From Octopus vulgaris (taxonomy: Eukaryota), in assembly GCA_951406725.2 (NCBI GenBank), contig OX597830.1, forward strand, positions 12,214,001 to 12,278,000: 64,000 bases of DNA, given 5' to 3'. Shown piece after piece: positions 39,195-52,600 of this stretch. Position numbers and translations under genes: made by a program. The notes under the pieces are model-generated. The model did no database searches. It worked only from the letters and a program-made list of their open reading frames with translations, and was not told where the DNA came from. Position 1 is the stretch's first letter, and the number at the start of each line of letters is the position of its first letter.

Positions 39195-41599
39195 TGTATG
39201 TATGTATGTATGTATGTACGTGTCTCTGTAGAAGGTTGAAAAGGAACACACGAGTTGAGATATATATATGGAAAAAAAGTTATGGTAGAAAATGCTAAAA
39301 TAATTTTATAAAAAACATTTCAGTACCGGTTTCGGTCATTGAGACTTTTTCAACTGTAAGTATGGAAAACAATTAAATTTTGGAAAAATTAAATGAAAAG
39401 TTTTTTAAAAGAATATTTGCATAGTATTCAAATACAAGTGGCATTTTCCTTGTTTCTGCCTGCTCTGTTTCTCTTGTTTACTCTTGTGGGTTCGAGGTCG
39501 TTGCGAATTCTTGGCAGAGAAGAAGAAGAAGAAGAAGAAGAAGAAGAAGAAGAAGAAGAAGAAGAATGTCGATGTGTTGACTGAATGCTATTTTTCTGTT
39601 TTGGGAATTTTTGCTCTGGGATCTGTATTAATCTGGGATCTATATTAATACTTGAATAGTTTTCAGATATAAATGGATAATTACGTGTAAACTTAGAGAT
39701 GGCTCAGTGGGGAGGGGCATAGAAGAGTGAAAAAAGGTAAAGACGGGGGGGGGGGTATATAAACAATAACAATAATAAAATTGAAGTTCAAGAAATCATT
39801 GAGTTTAGGAATGCAATATAGGTGATATTGTCTCAACAAATATGATATAAGCTGTGAGGGCGCGTGGCTTAGTGGTTAGGGCATTCGGCCCATGATCGTA
39901 AGGTTGTGAGTTCGATTCCCGGCGACGCGTTGTGTCCTTGAGCAAGACACTTTATTTCACGTTGCTCCAGTCTACTCAGCTGGCAAAAATGAGTTGTACC
40001 TGTATTTCAAAGGGCCAGCCTTGTCACACTCTGTGTCACGCTCAATCTCCTTGCGAACTACATTAAGGGTACACGTGTCTGTGGAATGCTCAGCCATGTG
40101 CACGTTAATTTCACGAGCAAGCTGTTCCGTTGATCGTATCAGCTGGGACTCTCGTCGTCGTAACCGACGGAGTGCTCATACTACTGGTATAAGCACCCAG
40201 ATATTAGATCAGAAGAAAACATGCTCGGTTATGTTAAAAAAGGTATGATATGGAATCAGTTGTGAAAATGTCGGGCCTCACGGTAACAGAATATTGAAGG
40301 CTTTTAAGTATGGTTTGCGCCTCCTGTTTGCAACAAGAGCAATGCTGAGAGTTTCCTTGCATTTAGATGCGTTTCCCTTTTAATTACAGACGAAGAAATC
40401 TATTAAAAAGGTATAATTTTAAAGTGAGTCACAATTGCATTCCTATCATTACGAATTTATTTACATATAACCTTTCTAAATAAATTGCATGTGCAAAATT
40501 AGTAATCCATGTCCACTAAAGCAGTCTATACGAATAAAGTAATGTAATTGGGGCAGAATAAGGTGGCGAGCTGGCAGAAACGTTAGCGCGCCGGGCGAAA
40601 TGCTTAGCGGTATTTCGTCTGCCGCTACGTTCTGAGTTCACATTCCGCCGAGGTCGGCTTTGCGTTTCATCCTTTCGGGGTCGATTAAATAAGTACCAGT
40701 TACGCACTGGGGTTGATATAATCGACTTAATCCGTTTATCTGTCCTTGTTTGTCCTCTCTGTGATTAGCCCATTGTGGGTAGTAAAGAAATAGGTATTTT
40801 GCCTGCCGCTACGTTCTGAGTTCAAATTCCGCCGAGGTCGACTTTGCCTTTCATCCTTTCGGGGTCGATTAAATAAGTACCAGTTAAGCACTGGGATCGA
40901 TATAATCGACTTAATCCGTTTGTCTGTCTTTGTTTGTCCTCTCTGTGTTTAGCCCCTTGTGGGTAGTAAAGAAATAGGTATTTTGTCTACCGCTACGTTC
41001 TGAGTTCAAATTTCACCGAGGTCGACTTTGCCTTTCATCCTTTCGGGGTCGATTAAATAAGTACCAGTTACGCACTGGGGTTGATATAATCGACTTAATC
41101 CGTTTGTCTGTCCTTGTTTGTCCTCTCTGTGTTTAGCCCCTTGTGGGTAGTAAAGAATTTATATTTGGGGCAGAAGTTCTCTTCACTAAGCTAGATCATC
41201 ACATTGTACGGAATCACTATATAATACGAATAAAAGGAACATTCTCGAAGATCTTTCAAACACAAATAAAAGTGAAAATAGTAAAAACTGTCAAATTGCA
41301 TTGGTTTGAAAAGGACATGCTACGGATTATAGTTAACATTGAATAGAAGAACGCTGAGCGATGTAGATTTTAATATGCGATGGTTGCAGTGCTAACAGAA
41401 CACTCAATCTTAACAATTCTTAAAACACAAGGACAAGAATTTATACAGATTGTTGCCTCGTTGATAGATATCTACTGAAAACCTGGAATCTATTACAACT
41501 AGCGCACACAGTACCATCACTCATGGAATTAACCCGCTCTTAAATCGTTTACATTTCCACTTAACCGAGTTCTTTACCCCTTCAGTTTTCCTATTCGTA

Positions 41600-41658
<59 letters not shown>

Positions 41659-42045
41659 ATGTATGTATGTATGTATGTATGTATGTATGTATGTATGTAT
41701 GTATGAATGCATGTATGTATGCATGTATGCATGCATACATGTATGTATGCATGCATGCATGCATGCATGCACGTATGTATGTATGCATGTATGTATGTAT
41801 GTATGTATGCATGTGTGTATGTATGAATACATGTATGTATGTATGTATATGTATATATGTATGTATGAATGTATGTATGTATGTGTGCATGTATATATGT
41901 ATATGTATGTATGTATGATTCTGCATACATATACGTTATTTTTTGACGTAACTGAGTTTTTCACGTTTATCTTTTATTTTATTCGTTTATTTTAAACTTT
42001 GTTCGCACATTAATTCATACTTTGCCACTTTTTTCATTCCTTCTT

Positions 42046-42091
<46 letters not shown>

Positions 42092-42943
42092 CATTTCTTT
42101 CTCCTCCCTTTTTTTCATTTCTTTTCCTCTCCTCTCTCTCTCTCCAAACCATAAATTCCATATATTACATCAATAAGTCGTTCAAGCATTAAAGGGAAAC
42201 AACTCATACTTAAAATTTTAGTATTTGCGCCTGAATTATCCCCACGCCAGCATGTACTCTCCACCTAAACTCTAGTATTTCTCGTATTTTAGATTAGTGG
42301 GCCACATTATTTTCCTAACAATTGCTTAGTTAATTAGTTAATAGGTAGTTTATTAGGTGCGAAACACGAGAAAAACAATGTACGTGACAATTCTTTAGTT
42401 AAGTATTTTATATGGTACGAAACTCAAGAAGTACACAATATTTTTTTTACTAAATACTATATAATATTTTATATACTTTGCAATACGTATTGGTTATACT
42501 ATGTTTCTTTCGAATTATTCTCCAATATAGTCTTTATGGTATTACCTTATTTGCTTCAGTTTATAGACTGCGGTCATGTTGCGGCACCTTGGAAAGTTTA
42601 GTCAGTGAAAATTTACACACGTACTAATTACAGTTGTTCGCCGTTAACACGCCGGGCGAAGTGCTTCGCGGTATTTCGCCCGTCGCTACGTTCTGAGTTC
42701 AAATCCCGCCGAGGTCGACTTTGCCTTTCATCCTTTCGGGGGTCGATAAATTAAGTACCAGTTACGCACTAGGGTCGATGTAATCGACTTAATCCGTTTG
42801 TCTGTCCTTGTTTGTCCCCTCTATGTTTAACCCCTTGTGAGTAATAAAGAAACATATATATTATTCATATAGAAATGCAATAAAAGGCTCCCAAATAGGA
42901 AAGCGTTGTTCTAGCACAACGCTTTCCTATTTGGAAGCCTCTT

Positions 42944-43013
<70 letters not shown>

Positions 43014-45278
43014 TGAGTGCGTGCGCGTGTAAGTTTTTAAATTTTGTAACTTGTAGTAAATATTTTATTATTTATGTATTTGAAGTACCTTGGGCATTAG
43101 GATGCGCATATAAATTTCCTGTTGTTGACATAATTTAGATGTGAACTAATTCAGAAACCATGAAATCCTTTATTTGTTCAGCAAATCTATGCTCGGATAC
43201 ATTCTCAGTAGCCTATGTCTCTAGGCTACTCAAACAAGAAAACTTATTTTCAAGAAACTATAATCAATCGAAGTTAGTTTATTATTTCTAAAACGTATTT
43301 TACTTACAGCCCAAGTGATGGACAAATCACCCACTTTGCCGCCGCCTCCACCCACATCATTTGGCGCTCTTTTGGGAGGAGAAGATAACGTTCGGTAATC
43401 AGCTTAAAAGTGAAAGTGAAAGTAAAAAATCTTTGTAAAAAACTGTGTATCATGAGTACTTGATATGGAAGCAAAATGTTAGGAAGCAGAATGTCAGGAA
43501 TAATTAATATGAAGCTATCGATTCCGTAAATTGCCGACAAACAGTATTTGGCAAAATTTACTTTCATTTAAGTCCTCTAAGAAAACTCCATTAATTTGTA
43601 CATTAGTATTGCCTCCTGGTTTTGAGAATTGGTATGATGCACGTTTTAATATTTAATATAGTTAAGGCGGCCTGCTGGCCGAATCGTTAGCAAGCCGGAC
43701 AAAATGTTTAGCGGCATTTCGTCCGATGAATTTTTTGCACAGTTATCGTCTACCGAATCCCACTCACAAGGTATTGGTCAACCTGAAACTAAGATAGAAT
43801 AGAGAGCAACCACATGGAAATCATGACAGGAGAACGCTTCTAGGAACAGTACAAGAACCCAGAACCATATGCTCACGAATTTTTCAACCATACAACTATG
43901 TTTAGGACTATCATTTATGCCCAGTTTTTATGCAGTAGTATTCTGCGAAAACTTCGGCGACTTTGATTGTTGCTTTGCAGGAGAATTTAATCTGTAAATC
44001 TGGTCGAATCATTCATAAAACCATGGATAGGAATGTGATTAATTAGAAAACAATATCATTCTATGGTATATAGACATAACGACTAGTTTAGAAAGTGGAT
44101 AGGAAATAAAAAAATGCAACAACCAAATTTTATTACACAGATTCAATTTTTTATGACGACATGAAAGGAAAGGAAAAACTTAAGAGTTTCTGAAATGTCA
44201 AAACATTTGAGGGACTCAATAGCTGATTCAATGTGAAAATGAATGCTTATTATTCCAAAATTTTCAAACACTTTCTTCCTGCATGTAAACAATAGGCGCA
44301 GGAGTGGCTGTGTGGTAAGTAGCTTGCTAACTAACCACATGGTTCCGGGTTCAGTCCCACTGCGTGGCATCTTGGGCAAGTGTCTTCTGCTATAGCCCCT
44401 GGCCGACCAATACGTTGTGAGTGGATTTGGTAGACGGAAACTGAAAGAAGCCTGTCGTATATATGTATATATATGTGTATGTGTGTGTTTGTCCCCCTAG
44501 CATTGCTTGACAATCAATGCTGGTGTATTTACGTCCCCGTCACTTAGCGGTTCGGCAAAAGAGACCGATAGAATAAGTACTGGGCTTACAAAGAATAAGT
44601 CCCGGGGTCGATTTGCTCGACTAAAGGCGGTGCTCCAGCATGGCCGCAGTCAAATGACTGAAACAAGTAAAAGAGTAAAAAGAGTAATTACAGAAGATGC
44701 TGCCTTTAGATATGAGGCATCTAACAACAAAGATGTAATGTTGACAGACGTATATGTCCGGTACACAAATCGGCGGAACTCAGAGAATGTCAAGATTCTT
44801 TATTAGAGCATTTGTTTAACAGGGCAAATGTTGAAAAGAGCAATATATTATTAGATATTTACCTGACGGCAAACTCGGTTGACCAACTCCAAGTTTGTTA
44901 ATAGCACGAACTCGGAATTTGTATTGATTATTCGGTTGCAATCCTAAAACTTGGACAGTCTTGAATAAGCGGTCCTGAACTTCAACAGCAGACGAAGGGA
45001 TTTCTGTAAAAAAAAAAATAAATAATAAAAAAATAAAAAAATAAAAACTTTATATACTCTTTTACTCTTTACCCTTTTACTTGTTTCAGTCATTTGACTG
45101 CGGCCATGCTGGAGCACCGCCTTTAGTCGGGCAAATCGACCCCGGGACTTATTGTTTGTAAGGCCAGTACTTATTCTATCGGTCTCTTTTGCCGAACCGC
45201 TAAGTGACGGGGACGTAAACACACCAGCATCGGTTGTCAAGCAATGCTAGGGGAACAAACACAGACACACAAACACAT

Positions 45279-45321
<43 letters not shown>

Positions 45322-48300
45322 AACATATATACGACAGGCTTCTTTCAGTTTCCGTCTACCAAATCCACTCACAAGGCATTGGTCGGCCCGGGGCTATAGC
45401 AGAAGACACTTGCCCAAGATGCCACGTAGTGGGACTGAACCCGGAACCATGTGGCTGGTTAGCAAGCTACTTACCACACAGCCATTCCTGCGCCTATATA
45501 CACATATATACATATACGTGATCTCCCGTACATATTAAGTGAAGTAGTAACAAATTGAATTAAAAAGCTCAAATTGTTCCTATTCTAGCAAGAACTTTCG
45601 CCTGTAGCTCTTGCGTTTATAGACTTTGTCAGGATCCTCTCATTTGATGCTGCAGCATTAGTTCGCCATCATATGTCTATTCCAAAGTCCTCAACAACGT
45701 TCTCCCATCGTCACGAGATCTTGATGGAGGCGCTCCCTCTCTTCATTACTTGGGGGTCATCTCTACTTTTTTTCCACCGGTACTATAATGGGCTTTGCTC
45801 TCAGGAGTTTCCAGAGCTCTTGCTACCTTAATTCAGGAGTCCCGTTCCACTCATCTCTCTTTCTACCATAATCCTTGCCTCCACTCCACTCAGGCTCCAC
45901 CTTGATCACTCTATCCCTAGTTATTTCTTCCCAGATGCCAACCCTCTTAGAATTCCCTCCATGTCTTTCCTATTGGTTTTCACTTAGAAAGTCTTAAAAT
46001 CTAAAAATATGGCAGCAAGGAAGATAACTCTAATATTCTAGGTCAATCTAAGATTATTTTATAGCAGGTAGACGAGTGGATCTAGACTGGAGAAAGTAGC
46101 AGACATGTATCGGTTCTATTAGAATCTTAGCAATATTGTGTTATGGAGACTCGCCCTCTTTTCTACAACATTCGCCTGCCATAACGTCATAATTTTAAGC
46201 CAATGAAATTACATCTTGTTATGACTTGCATTACTTGCTAAGTTTGCTAAGAAAGTACTATTTGAGAATAATTGTCAGAATAGCTTAATTAAGTTTTGTA
46301 TTTTATATATTTTAATAATTTCTCTCATTTATGAAATATAACGTTTCTGTGGATAATAAACTGATTTTGTGCAAAGATAAAAAGGATTTTATACAAACAC
46401 AAAGGCATAATGTGATAGAAGCAAAAAGGAATTGCACCAAAAGCAAGAACGCTGCGAAAATCTCAAAAGGTAGATGTAAAACAATAAAATGACTGCAATA
46501 ATAAATCTCTGAACGAGATGTAAACAGTAACCGCTCGACAACGTAAGGTATACTAGCCATCTCAATATGGCTAACCACTAAGGGTGGGTGTTACTGTAGC
46601 TTTTAGCCCCAGGAGATCATCGTCTCCAGTTGGCTTTAGGCACACTTTCTGTGCCCTTATGTTATTTGCAAAGGGAGGTCATCCCTCTCTCGTAAACCTA
46701 AGTGATACGCACGGACTGCAGTTTCTAGGTATTTGCCTGTCTTCGGCGTACGGCAATCACCGGTTTACGATGAAGGGAGACCTGTTTGCAAATACTTATT
46801 GTTTTTCTAGTAACTTCCGTCACTATTGCTAAAAAAATGGTATTGTTCGCTTGAGTGAGTCAAACACCGTTGTGAGTTTGAGAGGTGAATTTCAGACGTT
46901 TGAGGTATTTTAGGGAGATGCAGATATAACTCTTAGATTATTGTAATTTTTGTATGTCATTACTATGCATGTATAAGCTGATCTATCAATTTTTGTTATT
47001 CCAGATTGAAGGAGACAGCTCTAACAGCACTTTGAACACTACTGAACATTGCTTGTCACAGCTGACTAACTTGCAGAATACAGCCGGGACATGAAAAGAA
47101 TTTGGAAGCTCGCCATGCAATTAAGTTTTGTGTTAAAATGGACAAGAACACTACAGAAAGTTACAAAATGTTCCAGACTACTTATGTATTAATTTGTACG
47201 AGCGAGCATAGTTTCGATAGCACAAGAAATTCAGGGAGGATAAAGAGGAACTGAGAGACAATGAGAGGCATAGGAGGGAGAGGGACGTCAGAATATCACA
47301 GCAGGTTGAGAAAATTCGCAGTTTTCTGGATTAAATTCGTCGTATATCTGTATTGCAGCCAGATACAAGGAAAATAGCATAGGTGCCAAGGCGCATCCTT
47401 GTTTTAGTCTGGAAATTCTTCAGACAGCATGTTTTAGTGGAATACACGTCCAGACATATTGTCATGCATTACTTCTTGAACCAGAGGGACAAAGTTATCA
47501 GGACATCCAAAACGATGAAGAACCTTCATTATAGCTCTTCGAACGCTATCAAAGACCTATTCTCAGTCATAGAAAACAAGGGAAATAGGTTACGAGACAA
47601 AGTTGACGATGACGACGATATCTATAAAGAGAATAAGCATACAATATGGAGTTGGTCTGGCAACTATACAGAATTATTCATGAAGATCTGAACCATGCGC
47701 GAAATTTGTACTCAACTTCGAAAAGAAGGAAAGATGCGTTGGTGACAGCAGAAAGATGACTGAATGCATTACCGCCAATTCAAGAGTACTTGGGTCTCTG
47801 GTGACCCGTGACGTGACGAAAGCTGGATCTACTGATATGATACAGAGATCAGAGACACAGGGAACAATGGAAGAATCCTCGGTCCCACAGACTCAAGAAG
47901 TTCAGGCAAAGCAAGTCAACTGGGAAGCTCATGATGGCCCCCTTTGCGACAACAAAGCCATCAGCTACCCCTATTGGTTTCCCTCTCGCCAGACAGTCGA
48001 AAGAGTATTTTGTGAAGGTTTTGAAGGAGTTCGGGGAGAGATTTTGTGGCAAGAAGCAGAGCTCTCCCACTCGGGTTGATACACCAGGCCACAATTCCAT
48101 CCTGGTGACCAACTACTTGACAGAGATGGGTATGAAAAACTGTCTCTCATCCTACCCACAGTCAAGACATTTTCCCTGTGACTTTTGATTGTCCCCCAAG
48201 CTGAAGGAGAACCCCAGGAGCAGTGGTTTTTCAAGACATTGAGATGATGAAGGAGGCTGTAACTAGAGTTCTGGACACTTTCACGTTGATAGACTTGCAT

Positions 48301-49132
48301 GGAGTTTTCATTAAGTGTCTGGAACGCGACAACAAGAGTAGTAAATTTAGAATATCCTACTCTCAAGGAGATTAGAATTTTGCAATTCTTTGAAATTAAT
48401 AAATGTCGCTCCTGGAAAAGTATAAAAACTTCTGGAATGCACCTAATATTTTCGTACTTATCTATTGAAATATAATACTTGATTTACCTCTTGATGCCAT
48501 TTTCCATACTGGATTTAATTTATTTGAACTCTCGATTATATATCGTGTAATAGGAAAACCATTATCATTTGGTGCCAACCAATGTATGGTTATTTTGTCT
48601 TCTGTAGTTCCATCACCATAAACACCAGCCGGTTCGCTTGGAGGGGCTAAAAGACAATAAAATACATTAAAATGCATTAAAATTACATTTAATCTAAAAC
48701 GGAATAGATTCTTTCACTTACCTCAACACAACTCATTTTAGATTTTACTTCTATTAAAACATCAGAAACAAAGTCAACGAACGAGACACTTATTTAGTAA
48801 TAACAGTCTAATCCCAGAAGACACACGTTGTCCATGATTTTCTATCACTGTTATTCCTGTCGACCTTGACACATTTCCTGTGTCCTTATGTTTACAAGGG
48901 GGAGATAAGCACTTCCACCCAGCTAAGCCTGCAGCCAGAGACTAGTTTCTGAGTCTTTTCTCGTCATCAGTCTGGAGTATCAAGGCCGACAAGAAGCGTT
49001 GCTGCTACCTAGGTCTAAATAGCAGTGGTGTGATTCCCTTCATGGGACTGTCACATTAAGTTGACAGTATACAACTACTCTATCGTACCACTACTGCTTA
49101 TATCTCTCTGAGATATTTAGAAATGTAATATT

Positions 49133-49175
<43 letters not shown>

Positions 49176-49551
49176 GTATACATATAAATATATATATTAG
49201 TACTTTAGAGTAAAGTATGAAAAACAATTAAATTTTGGAAAAATTAAATGAAATGTTTTTTAAAAAACATATATTTCCATAGTTTTCAAATGAAAGGGAC
49301 ATTTTCCTTTTCTCTGCCTGTTTCTGTCTCTCCTTTTTACTCTTTGGGTTCGAGGTAGTTAGCAGCAGCTAGTTTGATATGAATTCTTATCTTTGATTGT
49401 TTAAGCAATAGTAGTAGAGAAAGGAAGCGGCAGAGAAGAAGAAGAAGAGGAAGAAGAAGAAGAAGAGGGAGAAGAAGAAGAGGAAGAAGAAGAGAAAGAA
49501 TAATAAAAGAATGCGGGAGTAGTATGACAGTAACAGGATGTTGGTAGAATC

Positions 49552-49617
<66 letters not shown>

Positions 49618-52600
49618 CGGGCTTCTGTAACATTCCCTCTAGCTTATCCATTCCAAAGGCAAGGCTTTGGTCGGCTTGAGGTTTTAGACACTTGCCCAAG
49701 ACTGAACCCAGAACCATGTGGATGGCAAGCGAACTTCTTACTAGACTGCCACGCTTGCGTCTATATTTTTGAAAATTTTGATTTACCTTTGACCGTTAGA
49801 AAAGCTGAAGCTGCGTCAGTAGCGAGGGGGCTTTCTATTAGACACGTATAATTTCCTTTGTGTTTTAACTGTGCTGTACGTATATATAATCCACGTTGGT
49901 TTTCAACAGTACCCTGAAAAGAAGTAATATCGACATTAAATAGACTCTTTATCTCAAAACTCATTTGTTTTACCCTAAAACGAATAAAAGTAATAAAAAT
50001 GTACTAAAGTATAAATATTACCTTATCAGTATACATTTTTTCCTAAATACATTACAATCGTTTTCTTATATTCTTTTTTACTCTATTGAGGCATCTTTTA
50101 AGGCGCCCCAACAGAGAAATCCCGGAATTACAGGGAGGATTATATAGAGATGATGCTCTATTTATTATCCCTAGCGACAACAAATCAGTCATAGAAAGAA
50201 TGAGAAAAAAAATTAAGCTTTAACTTAGGTATGAATATGGCACAAAGGTGACACATTTTTAGACACTATTATTATTATTATTAGACACTACTCAGGATTA
50301 TACCACCCCTATAGAAACCCAGATGAAGTTATGAGATACGTGAGCAAATTATCAAATCAGCCTTATGTGTTAAAATCGGTAGTTAAACGTATTTCTAGGA
50401 GAATTACAAAATTATCAGCAAATAAGGACATTTTCAATACCCATTCTCACCACTACAACTTTGCTTTGTCTAAGGCAGGATATGACCAGGATTTTTTACT
50501 TTACTTAGTCCTGAAAGTTTAGCGCCTATTAATAATGGAAATAATAAAATTTTGAGTGATACAGAGATTCCTAACTTATTTAGTTGTGAAAAAATACCAA
50601 ATGGAAAAGCATCCTACAAACCCAACAATCTATATAATAATAAAATAAGCAACAACAGGAAATTAGATGCTAAAATTGGTAGGAAGCTTTGGTTAGATGA
50701 TATAGGTAGTGAGGAGAAAGAGCTGGTTACTCCACCCCATATAGATATGAAATCTACTGGAAATGGGGACACACCTAATAATCAAGTCACGATCCTGGGG
50801 AGGAGGGCAGTGATAGAACAGGTAGATCCCACCCTTACTTACGCCGTAACTTTGAAAGTAAGGACTTCATCTGGTTCAATATTCCTTACAACTGTGCAAT
50901 ATCCACAAACATATACAGGAAATTTATGGCTATTTTACAAAATCCCTTCCCTGCTTTCCATAGATGCAGCAGAATTTTGTCCCGTAAGACAGAATAATTT
51001 TCAGGCTAAAACCGTTATAAAACAATTCGTCAAAGTAATTTTCCGAGCTATTTACCTCACTTTAGAGTGGATGTCATTATGAACTAAGTCACTACAAGGA
51101 CATTGCTATCCTTGGTTTAAGAATAAAGCCTTCTATCTAAGATCCTGCCTGGATCTAAGTTGAAATAAAAGGTCTGATGACTATCAGAGAAGTAAGAAAT
51201 TGAAATGAGTATTGATATAAATAATATAATTCTATACTGTAAAGGTGAGGTTGGATAGTCCGAAAAATATGATCGTTACAAATAATATCAGGCGTTTAAA
51301 TATTCTGCAAAGTGTTTACACCGCTGCTTCGGGCAGCACACTTCAGTAACAGAAGCTCCGTGAAGCTATCCAGAGATGTTCTCTTTGTTTCAATCAATCA
51401 ATCAATCAGTCAATCTATCTATCTGTCTGTCTGTCTGTCTAGATCAGTGGTTCTCAACCTGAGGAGCGACGGTAATTTCCAAGGGGGTGGGTGTGAGCCC
51501 TTGAGAAAAGGTAAGAATTCCTCTAAATATATTTGTTATTCTCTTAAGGAGAACATTGTCAAATAATGAGAAGTTTATGAAAAAATGCAACCTTTAGTTT
51601 TCTTATTCTACTAGCGTAGCGCCGCTTACCATTTACTGTACTTGTCAATACCCTTTCATATCCCTCAAAATCCCCACTAATTCTGAATTGTAACCTTTAT
51701 TGTGTAATTCTTTTGTTACAACAAGACTCAGGTTAAGAACTACTGCTATTAGATATTACTAGAACTTAGATATTATTATCGTGTTAAGACAAACATCTTT
51801 TTCAATTAATAGATTACAAACAAGTTCGATCCAGTTTTCATCTATATGAAATAATGTGATTCTTAAAAATCAAGAGACAAGCAGAAACATTATCAAATCA
51901 TTATAGTAACTTACTAAGAAATATTAACTTAATTAAAAAATTGAAAACTATTTTTAAATTTTAGCAAGATGAAAAGAATATTATATTTAAAAATAGGAAA
52001 TAAAACAAAAAGTATGTAATAGGCTCTACTATTACTCAATCTAATAAAGTCTCAAAAATAATAAAATACAGATTGGAAAAATAATAGAATTTAACAATAA
52101 AACCAAAATTTTTAATATGAAATGTTTATAAGCCAAATGTAAACTAAAATTCAGATTCAAATATTACAGAAAGTACGAGGTGAAACTAAAAGCTATGCAA
52201 ATTTTTTTCTGTTTTAAAGAAACTTTTTTTTATATATTTTCGTACAAATAAATACAATATTCTTTTGTACAAACCTTCTAGTTAAGATCCTGCCTATAAG
52301 TTTTCTTTTAATTTAACTTTTATTCCAAATTCATCTGTTTAAATTTTTTTTCAGAATCTTTTATTCCAAGCGCTCTAACTTGGGCCTTGACATTACCTTA
52401 CACGTGCCTTATCTTTTGTTCACATACTTGTGTTGTCCACTGCACATCAAATAATTCGCAATAAGTGCAAAGAAGCGGAAATATCTCGACGAATATATTC
52501 AATTTGGATTCGTGGCCCTCCAAAAGAGTGACATTGAAGCCCTCCTTTGAGCAATGATGGAGTGCGACCCTGAAGCTTGGAATGCCACTTGAGGACAACG

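Larger units (their letters stand above)
38106..39377. repeat. Inverted duplication, arms 38106..38602 and 38826..39377, including a partial SINE A
   Basis: Arms are reverse complements apart from microsatellite length and a few substitutions. Confidence 0.93.

Noticed and set aside
50552-51082. 176-aa ORF on the + strand
   Set aside because: No recognisable domain; follows a decayed Penelope-like RT and is probably its remnant.
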